DNA of 64,000 bases from a virus. The DNA lies in the IMG/VR virus record IMGVR_UViG_3300028025_002044, positions 12,450 through 76,449 of that record. One strand, written 5' to 3'. The notes under the pieces are model-generated. The model was not told where the DNA came from. It was given only the letters and a program-made list of their open reading frames with translations, and did not search any database. The position numbers were made by a program, and so were the translations under genes. Shown one piece after another: positions 26,727-34,774 of the stretch (its first letter is position 1; each line of letters begins with the position of its first letter).

Positions 26727-27818
26727 TTAGGCTGTAAGATCGACTCTTACAGCGAGGTGGATTGATGTATCAAAGTAAACCGCAGCGGGGCGGATTGCTT
26801 TGAGACGCATGTCATTCGCATTACCCGACACATCATAAGCTTGCGCTAGATTGTCGTTCACGACATCGATATCGCCCAAATAGGTGCGGACGGTACCGGT
26901 GGCGTAAATCCATTTTGCAGAGCTGGTTCCCAGCTGCTGAATGTAGCCAGTAACCGATTCCTGAGAGCGGTTAGTGGCGCTTGCAATAGTAAGTGTTACT
27001 GTGTCAGCGTCAACTTTGGTGACGACTGCTGTAGAAGTAGACGACTGGTTGATGTTCGCCCCGACGACGGAGTAGCGGACAGTGTCACCTGCAAGCAGGT
27101 AGTGGGGGCTAGACGTGTTGATGGTAAGTGTAGTGTTACTGCTAATAGTTGCAGTAGCGGCATCGATACGAGGACCGTTGCCAGTATAGCCGCCACCAAC
27201 AACAACAGGTGTACCACCCATAGTTTGTAGGTGGTCTTTTTCGGTTTCGTGAAATAGCATGTTTGAGTTGCTCGAAAGAAGGGCAACTACGTCGCGAGTT
27301 GCGTGAATAACTCCCTGCTCACCAGCATCTGATGCCAGACCAATGCCATTTTCTAGCACTGCTAGGGCACGCCTTGCTGTAAGCCCTGAACCATCGAGCA
27401 CGGTGACACCAGAAGAAACTAAAGCTCGGTTAGCGTGACCTTCGCCAATTCGGATATCTCCATCCCAAAGTTCCTGCTCCATACTGTGCTGAGTAACAGC
27501 TTCAAGTTGACGCTTTAAACGAGCGATACGGTCTAAGCCCATAAAACCTAGGGTTGAACGAAGCTCCTCTGCTTCAATGAACCAAGGCTTAATTTCTGTG
27601 TAGTAAGTAGGAGTGCCAGCAACAACTACTTGACCGCTAGTAGAGTCAGTGTCGTCCCAGTTAGTCGCTGAGTAAAGTGTTGTTTCCCACTCCTGTGAAA
27701 ACCCACGGACCCACTGGTCTTCGTCGGCTGAGTTTTGAGGCTTTACTACAGCGAGTAGACCAAAAGCGGAAGGCACAATCTTTGGTGCCTCGATAACGCC
27801 ATTCTTTGGGAAAGCCAT
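26727..27818 (-). CDS. second capsid protein (pentamer-type / minor capsid) with inserted beta module
   Basis: Follows the major capsid gene; MEQELWDG, GVIHATRD, TMGGTPVVVGGGY and WIYATG motifs as in the two-capsid-protein actinophage head architecture. Confidence 0.7.
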   Translation of the reverse strand: MAFPKNGVIEAPKIVPSAFGLLAVVKPQNSADEDQWVRGFSQEWETTLYSATNWDDTDSTSGQVVVAGTPTYYTEIKPWFIEAEELRSTLGFMGLDRIARLKRQLEAVTQHSMEQELWDGDIRIGEGHANRALVSSGVTVLDGSGLTARRALAVLENGIGLASDAGEQGVIHATRDVVALLSSNSNMLFHETEKDHLQTMGGTPVVVGGGYTGNGPRIDAATATISSNTTLTINTSSPHYLLAGDTVRYSVVGANINQSSTSTAVVTKVDADTVTLTIASATNRSQESVTGYIQQLGTSSAKWIYATGTVRTYLGDIDVVNDNLAQAYDVSGNANDMRLKAIRPAAVYFDTSIHLAVRVDLTA

Positions 27819-27858
27819 TTTAATCCTTAAATGTAAATTCTAAGTTTTGCCGTATGTA

Positions 27859-27878
27859 GCGGCCCCCGAAGGGGCCGC
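27859..27878 (-). terminator. GC-rich C(UUCG)G hairpin after the major capsid gene, no U tract
   Basis: Minus strand GCGGCCCC-TTCG-GGGGCCGC. Confidence 0.7.
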
Positions 27879-27900
27879 CACACGCGGACTTGAGAGGTTT

Positions 27901-29931
27901 TTAGTCCTCGATTGCAGCTGCGGTTGCGCCACCAGTGGTGTCGCGTAGTGCTGCGGCAACACCGTTGATGCTCAATGAGCTGGTGATTGCAAGTGACTCG
28001 ATACCAACCTTGGCAACGTTCTCGAAGGTTTCGATGAACATCTTGTAGTCGTTGGTGCCGACTAGGGTGCTGTCACGGATGATACCTAGGTCTAGAGTTC
28101 CGCCGTCTAGGAACAAGAATGTTCCTTCAGCGAACAAGTACCAGGTAATCTGGTCTGGGAACTCTAGTAGTCGAGCAGCAGAGCCAGCCTGACCAAGGAA
28201 CGCATTTAGGTCAAGCGAGCTAACCATGTCAACGTTCGAGCTTGATAGGTAGCCCTTGATTTCTGCTTCGCCAACACCTAGGGTGCCATCGCCAGGCATG
28301 TTTAGAGCTAGGTCTGCTGCCATCGCGTCATAGATCCACGCAGGAACGATTGCCTTTAGGCGAGTTCCAGCATCGATACGGTGACGTGAACGGTAAGCAA
28401 CAGCTGCCTTACGAACCTGCACCAAGAAGTCACGAGCAAAACCAATAAGGCTAGGAGCCTCAGTGGTAGCAACGTGCGCGTTAACAGCGGTCGAACCTGC
28501 TGAAATCTTGTCTAGCAAGTTGAGCTCTGCCTCGCGAGCGTGCTGAACAAGAGCTAGCTCGTTGTGGCGAGCAATCAACTCTGGGTAAGCACGAGTCATC
28601 AAGTTACCGAACTGTAGCTGCAAGGTTACAGCGTCAGTAGAAACAGTGTTCTCCTGTGCTGCAGTAACAGTCATGCTTAGCTTGCTTGATGGTGACGGAG
28701 TCTCAGCTGAGTCGTTAGCTGCGGTCCAAACACCAACTGCGTCGCGGTAGTTGTACGAGTTAGCTGCGGTTGCGTTGTAGGTGAGGAATGAAGGTGGGGT
28801 TACAAAGCGGATACCGCCACGGTCTGCCTGGAAGCGAGGCAATGCATCGCGAACTGGGCGGTCAGTGGTTGAACCGAGGCCGAAGATGTCGTACTTAACT
28901 TCAAATGGTGCGCCGTGGCCACCAGAAGCAACAAGTGCCTGGCTTTCCTCGGCTGCAGCAGTGATCTTAAGTGCGTTTGACTCTGCGTCGGTGGTAAGAG
29001 TACGAGACTCTGGGTACTGAACGGTTAGTGATGCAACAATGTGCTGCTCTCCGTCTCCGCCGTTTACACGACGTAGGGTGTGGAGACGCTTTTCCATTGC
29101 TGATGCAACTTCGTTCATGTCGGTTAGGTTTGTGCCAGCTGTGTAACCTGGGATGTCGGCACCAGCGGTGATTGCCACCTTGACTGCTGGCTCCGAAACT
29201 TCGATTACAGGCTGACGGTCAGCTGGGGCCTCGAAAGGCTGTTCTGCTGAAGCGGTCACGATGGCCTGCTCTTCCTGCTCTTCTGGAGCAATAGTTTCTG
29301 ATGGGGTTTCTGCCTCAGTAGCTACTTCTTCAGTAACTACCTCTGCGGTTTCCTCGGCTGAAGCAACAACTGCCTCTTCCTCGGTTGGGGTTGTCTCGGC
29401 CACGCTGGCCTCAACTGCGGTTTCGGTCTCAATTGAAAATTCAGAACCTTCGGCTACAACGGCAGACGCATCTACAGAATCGTCAGAGGAGTAAGACTTG
29501 TAGTCTTTCTTTTTCTTCTCCTCGTCCTCTTCACCAGGAACCATGTCTTCAGAGTCGTCGCCCATTACTGGAGCTTCTTCCTCGTCCATTGGAGTTTCCT
29601 CAACTACTGGAACTTCCTCGACTGGAGCTTCCTCTTCCATTGGAACTTCTTCTTCCATTGGAGATTCTTCCTGGCCATCCATGCCCTTGACACGCATAGC
29701 TGCTTCAGCAGCACGAGCAGTAAGCTCTTCTGCAGCAGCTTCGCGACGCTGGACTTCACCGCGTACGGTGTCCAACATGTCAGCAAGAGATGTCATAGCG
29801 TCAACTGTTTCGGCTGTAGGGTCCTGTGATTCAAACGATTCAAACTCGCTTACGATAGCCTCCTGAAGCGCAGCAACTTGCTCGTCACCTAGCTCCGCAA
29901 GGTTATCTACTTGCGACTTAATCTGATCCAC
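27901..29931 (-). CDS. major capsid (hexamer-type) protein with N-terminal scaffold-like region
   Basis: Acidic/coiled-coil N-terminus, then LVASGG...YDI...RPVRDALPRFQADRGGIRF, FGNLM-x-RAYPE and LDGGTLDLGIIRDSTL...NDYKMFIETFE; RBS AAGGAGG with GTG start. Confidence 0.9.
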   Translation of the reverse strand: MDQIKSQVDNLAELGDEQVAALQEAIVSEFESFESQDPTAETVDAMTSLADMLDTVRGEVQRREAAAEELTARAAEAAMRVKGMDGQEESPMEEEVPMEEEAPVEEVPVVEETPMDEEEAPVMGDDSEDMVPGEEDEEKKKKDYKSYSSDDSVDASAVVAEGSEFSIETETAVEASVAETTPTEEEAVVASAEETAEVVTEEVATEAETPSETIAPEEQEEQAIVTASAEQPFEAPADRQPVIEVSEPAVKVAITAGADIPGYTAGTNLTDMNEVASAMEKRLHTLRRVNGGDGEQHIVASLTVQYPESRTLTTDAESNALKITAAAEESQALVASGGHGAPFEVKYDIFGLGSTTDRPVRDALPRFQADRGGIRFVTPPSFLTYNATAANSYNYRDAVGVWTAANDSAETPSPSSKLSMTVTAAQENTVSTDAVTLQLQFGNLMTRAYPELIARHNELALVQHAREAELNLLDKISAGSTAVNAHVATTEAPSLIGFARDFLVQVRKAAVAYRSRHRIDAGTRLKAIVPAWIYDAMAADLALNMPGDGTLGVGEAEIKGYLSSSNVDMVSSLDLNAFLGQAGSAARLLEFPDQITWYLFAEGTFLFLDGGTLDLGIIRDSTLVGTNDYKMFIETFENVAKVGIESLAITSSLSINGVAAALRDTTGGATAAAIED

Positions 29932-30045
29932 TGGTCCTCCTTAGGACAGTTGGTGGGAGGGGTTCTCCCACTTGCTTTCGGTACAAGGCGAAGGGACTTC
30001 ATGCACAAGGCACACAGGCACTCCACCTGAACTCTATTTTACATT
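29932..30045 (-). promoter_or_regulatory. putative promoter (TAAAAT) plus ~100-nt structured 5' leader of the capsid mRNA
   Basis: TGTAAAATAGAG near 30032-30043; hairpins GTGGGAG-AACCC-CTCCCAC and CTTGT-ACCGAAA-GCAAG before the RBS. Confidence 0.45.
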
Positions 30046-30065
30046 AGTTTTTATATCTTTATTAT

Positions 30066-33000
30066 TTAGGTAAGTAGACGTAGCATGGTAGCCATCTGAG
30101 AAGAGATGTCTGACTGGCTATAAACATCACTGCCTGACATAAATCCCTTTAGATTGGCTGTAGCCTCTGCCGCGTCTTCCTTACCTATTTTCTCCTCGAC
30201 CCTTTCGACCATATTTTTCATAAGGTCTCTGAGAGCCGGAGGAAGATCTGAGAACCTCACCTTTTGAGCTTGGTTGCTAAAAGGTAGAGGTAAGTTAGAA
30301 ATGACCTTGCCAAGCTCTGCAGCTGTGGCTCGGACATTCTCCAATGAAATTTTGTTTAGGGACCCTTCGTCAAGTCGGTCTAGTAGGCTTAGTAGGTCCT
30401 GACCGGCTTTAGCCGCATCCTGATAGTCTCCAAGACCACTCATCTTCTCAACTTCTCGAATCTGGCTGTTTACGTCAGACAGCTCGGCATCGCCAAGGTC
30501 TTCTTTTAATCTAGCTAGAACGTCTCGGAAACGACCTTTGATGTCACGCGGTTGATTTACTCCAGGAATAAACTTGCCAGGTTCTACGTCAATCTTGCCG
30601 TTAGCAACATCTTCGATATCCGTTGGCATGTCATCTATTGGAATCTCATCAACCGCGAAGGTTTTTCCCAGGGCCTCCTGGAATGCAGCTAATCTATTGC
30701 GTAGATCCTCTGCACTTGCGGTAATAGATTCTGACTCTAGGTTCTTCCAGTTCTCTGGAACTAGGTGACGCTGGTTGAGCTGACGAGCACGCTTCTTGAT
30801 GTGATTTCTCACAGACTTGCGGTCTTCAGCTTTTGAACGTCCATAAGCTTGAATAGCGTTCTTTAGGTCGTCTAGGTTTCGAATTGGGTACGAGCCGTCT
30901 GGAAGGGCCTTGCCTTCTTCAGCCAACTTGTTCCTGTCGTCGCGAGAGATGTATCCAAACTCTGACTTAGCTTCGTCAACCTTAGCTTTGAGAGATGCTA
31001 CCTGAGCCTGAAGGTCTTCCTTAGGGGTAGTGATTTTCTCTAGGCGAGAAATTCTAGAAGCCATCTCTGCAATAGGGTCAGCCTTTAGCTTAGCTAGAGT
31101 AGATGCACCTGCAGCAACGAGAGCCATGACGGCACCTGATGCAACGCGAGCACGAGCAATCGGGAAGCCAGGAACGTTTACCTGACAAACTGCAACAAGC
31201 TCAAGGGCCCCACGGATTGGACGCCAGTCACCAGAAGGAGCTGATGCACGAAGTGCACGAATCTGCTCCGGACGAGCATCTGGACGTAGCGAACCAGCGA
31301 CCCAAATGCCGTAGGCATCCTCCCCCGCGTGAACATCAGCAATTGCTGAAGCGGTGTCGTCATAGTGCTTAACGGCTTCCATTGCACTAGCCTCTAGAGA
31401 GGCGTGGCCTCCGGCAAGTGTAAGCTGACCAACTGGCATGTCCTTGCCAGTGTCAGTGCGTACAACACCAGTGTGGAAGTAGGCGTAGTTGCTCTTTGAG
31501 CGTGGTGGCTTAGTGCCATATGCCATTCCAATGTGGTCGACGTGCCAAGCTGCAATGTGACCAAATACTCTACCCATGTCATCAACAGTTAGAGGGGTTG
31601 GGCCTTTTAGCTTAGGGTTTTCGAACCACTCGGTAGGCGGTACGACGGGGATTGCGCCAGCGACAATACCGCAAGCAACTAGTGCCTGAGCGTCCGCAGC
31701 ATCCGCGTCGTCAACGTAGACTCCATCTGGAATCATGATTTCCTCCTGGTAGGTGCTGTTCATTGTTGGGTCGTCGTTTATTAGCGTAATTTTGCACTCT
31801 TGGAAAGCAGGCTTTGGTACTATTGTAGCGGCCATTACGCGGGCTTTATTTATAGTAAGTTTCTTTTTGCCTATTTCTTTGTCGTCATCTTCAGACGAAG
31901 CATCACTAGACTTATCCTCGGTTGCCTCAAACTTGTCCATGTCGGCAGAAATGCCGCGAATAAATCCGTTCTTTATAAGACGTTCTACTTCCCTGCCGTA
32001 TGGCCCATTGTCTAGGACACCATATGCATTTCCAATTCCGTCATTGGTTCTTTCGACCATGTCGATTCGACCAACTACCACCGAGCCATTGTGCCCGTCG
32101 CCAGTTTTAATCTGCCACAAAAGCGGAAGAGGTAGCTCCCTAAGAGTGATAGAGCCCTTACTAAACTTACGACCATCTCCAGACTCTACGCCTTCAGGAA
32201 TTAGCAAAGGAATGTAGAACCTAGACCCGCTATTCTCATAGTCAGACGAGGCTACCATCCCTAGGCGTTCCTTGGCTGATTCAGCTCTAGCGGATAGCTC
32301 AGACTTAGCGATAATTACTGACGTGGAGTTTATTAGTTCGGTGCTAAATACGTTCCTACCACCGCGACGTTTTCCGTAGCCTTTTCTGTTGTTCTTGTCA
32401 CCCGTCCACATCCCAGTCATTTCTTTGTGGCGCAGAGCACAGTAGCCTTTAGCGCGTGGGCCTAGGTACTTAGATAGGTTTCGTACACATCGGGTCCAGT
32501 CTCCGCCGGTACCCCAGCGTATCTTAAGTCCGCCTTTACCCGTGGTCCAGTAGCGGCGCAGCTTCTCTGCGTTTCCTCTATTTCTGTCTGCACCGCCGGC
32601 TGCAGTGACAGATAAAACTGATTTGAAAGTCTCCGCTAAAGGGCTATTTTCGTCAATAGAATCAAAGAATTTATTGCCAAAAGTGTCTATAATTTCTTGG
32701 TTAGGTCCCCACAGAACCATCATCAAGTGGTCCAAGCTAAAAATACCAGCTGCAGTTATAGTAGCGTCGTCCACCTGAGTAAGAACATCATTAAGAACGG
32801 TCTTGTCTAGAGGAACTACTGGAGGAGGGGTGGCAGACTTTAGGTCGTTTAAAGTTACCTCGTCCCTAATCCACTTTCCTTCATCTCTCTTATAAGTCAT
32901 TGGCTCTGATGAAGTAGAGCTAGCTGGCACTAGCGCAATCAAATCAAGCACAGCTCTAGGGTCGTCTTCTGCAACGATAGCCATGTATAGTGGCTGAACG

Positions 33001-34688
33001 TCAGAAGTTTCTGGCGTCATTTGATAAGCCTTTTTAGCTGCCTTTTTTGTTGCAACTGGAGCTGCAACAACCGGGCTAGCCCAGCCTTCTTCATCTTCAG
33101 ACACCTTCGGCCCGCCCTCAGAAGCTTTCTTCCACCTAGTTATTAGCGGGTGTTCCGAGTTGTCCTTGATCTTTTTCTTTGACTCTTCTTCAGAGTCATC
33201 TGCTTCTCCAGCGGCAGTTAATCCTGCTTCAGCCGCCGCTGCACGCTGTGATTGAACCCAGCCGGACCAGTTGTACAACAAGTCATGCAAATCGTTCTTG
33301 GTGAGAGACGGCAAAGTGCCAGGAATTCTTGCGTACGGTCTGTCAATAGGAGTCCTAGGCTCGCCTAAAATACCAGACAGGTCTAGAGGCTTGTCTAAGT
33401 CAGAGAAATGTAGGGGTTCCTTAAAATCTTTTTCTTCCACGGTGTCACGAGCCGGAACTATTTGCTTACTTCCGTCGCTTCCGGTAACCTCTACATTTCC
33501 GTTACCAACGTTAGCGTTTGTGATTGTTCCGCGATTGGCGCTGTTGTCCCCAATAACGACCCTTTGACCCTGCTTAGCGAATCGTCCCAAGGCATTTCTA
33601 GTCTGCTTAGTAGCGTTCTGAGAACGCTCTTCTGGGCTATAAACTCCGTCATCCGGGTTAACTGCAGCGGCAGTAAGAGTGCTGTCAATCATTTCCCAGT
33701 CAATACCGGCAGCCGCAAAGATAGCTAAACCAGCCTCTTCTTTATCGATTTCTTCGATAGAAATTCGGCTGTAAGGCTTTTGGTGCAGTTTTGCGCAGAC
33801 GATAATCGCTGAGTCCGGGTCGATTGGTATGTGAGACTTTTTTACCGTGTCGTATGGGTCGTCTAATGCTTTGTCATAGGTCCAAATGTCTGAGTCTATT
33901 TCTGCAAGGTCGTCCCAGCATCCGTCGTCCCAAACGTACACCGACCCGTCTATATCAATTTTGTAGACTCGGTCAATGCCAGAGCCGTCCATTCGAACTC
34001 TGGCCAAAAACTCTGGAGCCGCAGACGTCCCAACATACATGGCTTTTCTAAAAGCATCTAAGTCTATGGCTTCGCTAGGGGTATCCTCTAAGATATATCC
34101 GCCAGCAGTTCTAGCAGCAGCTTTTTCTTCTCGCTCGACAATAGCTCTAGCCCAACGCCAGGCGGTGTCTCCACCCCAAAGTGCCCAAGCGATGCGACCG
34201 TTAGATGGAAAGTTATCTTCGCCTGGTGACCAGCCCTTGCCCTGCTTGTCCACCTCGTGGCGTGGAAAGTATTTTGCGATGTGGCGAACTTTACGGATTC
34301 CAATTTGTCCGCCTCGAGCAAGAGTGCGTGCAGTGTTTAGACCTACCGAAGTTCCGCCCCTGTCGTGCTCTTTTCTCCACTCTAATGCCTTCTTGGCTTC
34401 AGACTGCGCACCCTTAGGAATGGTGTACATTCTGTCCCCACCCGAGGAGGTAATAACATTTACGTTCAAGTCTGAGAGCGATGCTCCAGCTAACTCGTAT
34501 GCAGAGCTAGGAATCTCGGAGTGGTCTAAGGTAAACCATTCTCTAGAAGAAGAAAGCTCTTCGAGGTCGCCAGACTCCGTAATAAGGTTACAGTCTAGGT
34601 CAAGAACAGCCGCATTATCGCCAACGGCGAATAGCGCAAGAGAGCCATAGCTACCCATATATTGCGTAGTATTTTCGGCACCACTCAT
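30066..34688 (-). CDS. modular capsid maturation protease with several accessory head domains
   Basis: Protease core LIPEGVESGDGRKF...LPLLWQ...GH-x-GSVVVGRID...GISAD...ATIVPKPAF, then RVFGHIAAW...PSGDWR...LVAV-x-x-VNVPGFP. Accessory modules RIAWALWGGD, IRWGT-x-GDWTRC and ALPDGSYPI. Start moved to ATG 34688 (RBS GGAGG). Confidence 0.85.
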   Translation of the reverse strand: MSGAENTTQYMGSYGSLALFAVGDNAAVLDLDCNLITESGDLEELSSSREWFTLDHSEIPSSAYELAGASLSDLNVNVITSSGGDRMYTIPKGAQSEAKKALEWRKEHDRGGTSVGLNTARTLARGGQIGIRKVRHIAKYFPRHEVDKQGKGWSPGEDNFPSNGRIAWALWGGDTAWRWARAIVEREEKAAARTAGGYILEDTPSEAIDLDAFRKAMYVGTSAAPEFLARVRMDGSGIDRVYKIDIDGSVYVWDDGCWDDLAEIDSDIWTYDKALDDPYDTVKKSHIPIDPDSAIIVCAKLHQKPYSRISIEEIDKEEAGLAIFAAAGIDWEMIDSTLTAAAVNPDDGVYSPEERSQNATKQTRNALGRFAKQGQRVVIGDNSANRGTITNANVGNGNVEVTGSDGSKQIVPARDTVEEKDFKEPLHFSDLDKPLDLSGILGEPRTPIDRPYARIPGTLPSLTKNDLHDLLYNWSGWVQSQRAAAAEAGLTAAGEADDSEEESKKKIKDNSEHPLITRWKKASEGGPKVSEDEEGWASPVVAAPVATKKAAKKAYQMTPETSDVQPLYMAIVAEDDPRAVLDLIALVPASSTSSEPMTYKRDEGKWIRDEVTLNDLKSATPPPVVPLDKTVLNDVLTQVDDATITAAGIFSLDHLMMVLWGPNQEIIDTFGNKFFDSIDENSPLAETFKSVLSVTAAGGADRNRGNAEKLRRYWTTGKGGLKIRWGTGGDWTRCVRNLSKYLGPRAKGYCALRHKEMTGMWTGDKNNRKGYGKRRGGRNVFSTELINSTSVIIAKSELSARAESAKERLGMVASSDYENSGSRFYIPLLIPEGVESGDGRKFSKGSITLRELPLPLLWQIKTGDGHNGSVVVGRIDMVERTNDGIGNAYGVLDNGPYGREVERLIKNGFIRGISADMDKFEATEDKSSDASSEDDDKEIGKKKLTINKARVMAATIVPKPAFQECKITLINDDPTMNSTYQEEIMIPDGVYVDDADAADAQALVACGIVAGAIPVVPPTEWFENPKLKGPTPLTVDDMGRVFGHIAAWHVDHIGMAYGTKPPRSKSNYAYFHTGVVRTDTGKDMPVGQLTLAGGHASLEASAMEAVKHYDDTASAIADVHAGEDAYGIWVAGSLRPDARPEQIRALRASAPSGDWRPIRGALELVAVCQVNVPGFPIARARVASGAVMALVAAGASTLAKLKADPIAEMASRISRLEKITTPKEDLQAQVASLKAKVDEAKSEFGYISRDDRNKLAEEGKALPDGSYPIRNLDDLKNAIQAYGRSKAEDRKSVRNHIKKRARQLNQRHLVPENWKNLESESITASAEDLRNRLAAFQEALGKTFAVDEIPIDDMPTDIEDVANGKIDVEPGKFIPGVNQPRDIKGRFRDVLARLKEDLGDAELSDVNSQIREVEKMSGLGDYQDAAKAGQDLLSLLDRLDEGSLNKISLENVRATAAELGKVISNLPLPFSNQAQKVRFSDLPPALRDLMKNMVERVEEKIGKEDAAEATANLKGFMSGSDVYSQSDISSQMATMLRLLT

Positions 34689-34741
34689 GTCTAGAATCCT
34701 CCGATAGCGGCGACAAGCCAATGGCTATTCATATAAACCTA

Positions 34742-34770
34742 ATCTATTGTATCAGTACTAATACTTTTGT
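34742..34770 (-). promoter_or_regulatory. putative promoter for the protease/capsid genes
   Basis: Minus strand TTAGTACTGATACAATAGAT (TACAAT -10) in an AT-rich gap; same TACAATAGAT core as near 5670. Confidence 0.5.
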
Positions 34771-34774
34771 TATT

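Noticed and set aside
29932-30065. tRNA or known riboswitch in the largest intergenic gap
   Set aside because: No cloverleaf or T-loop consensus and no riboswitch consensus I can recognise; kept only as an unassigned structured leader.
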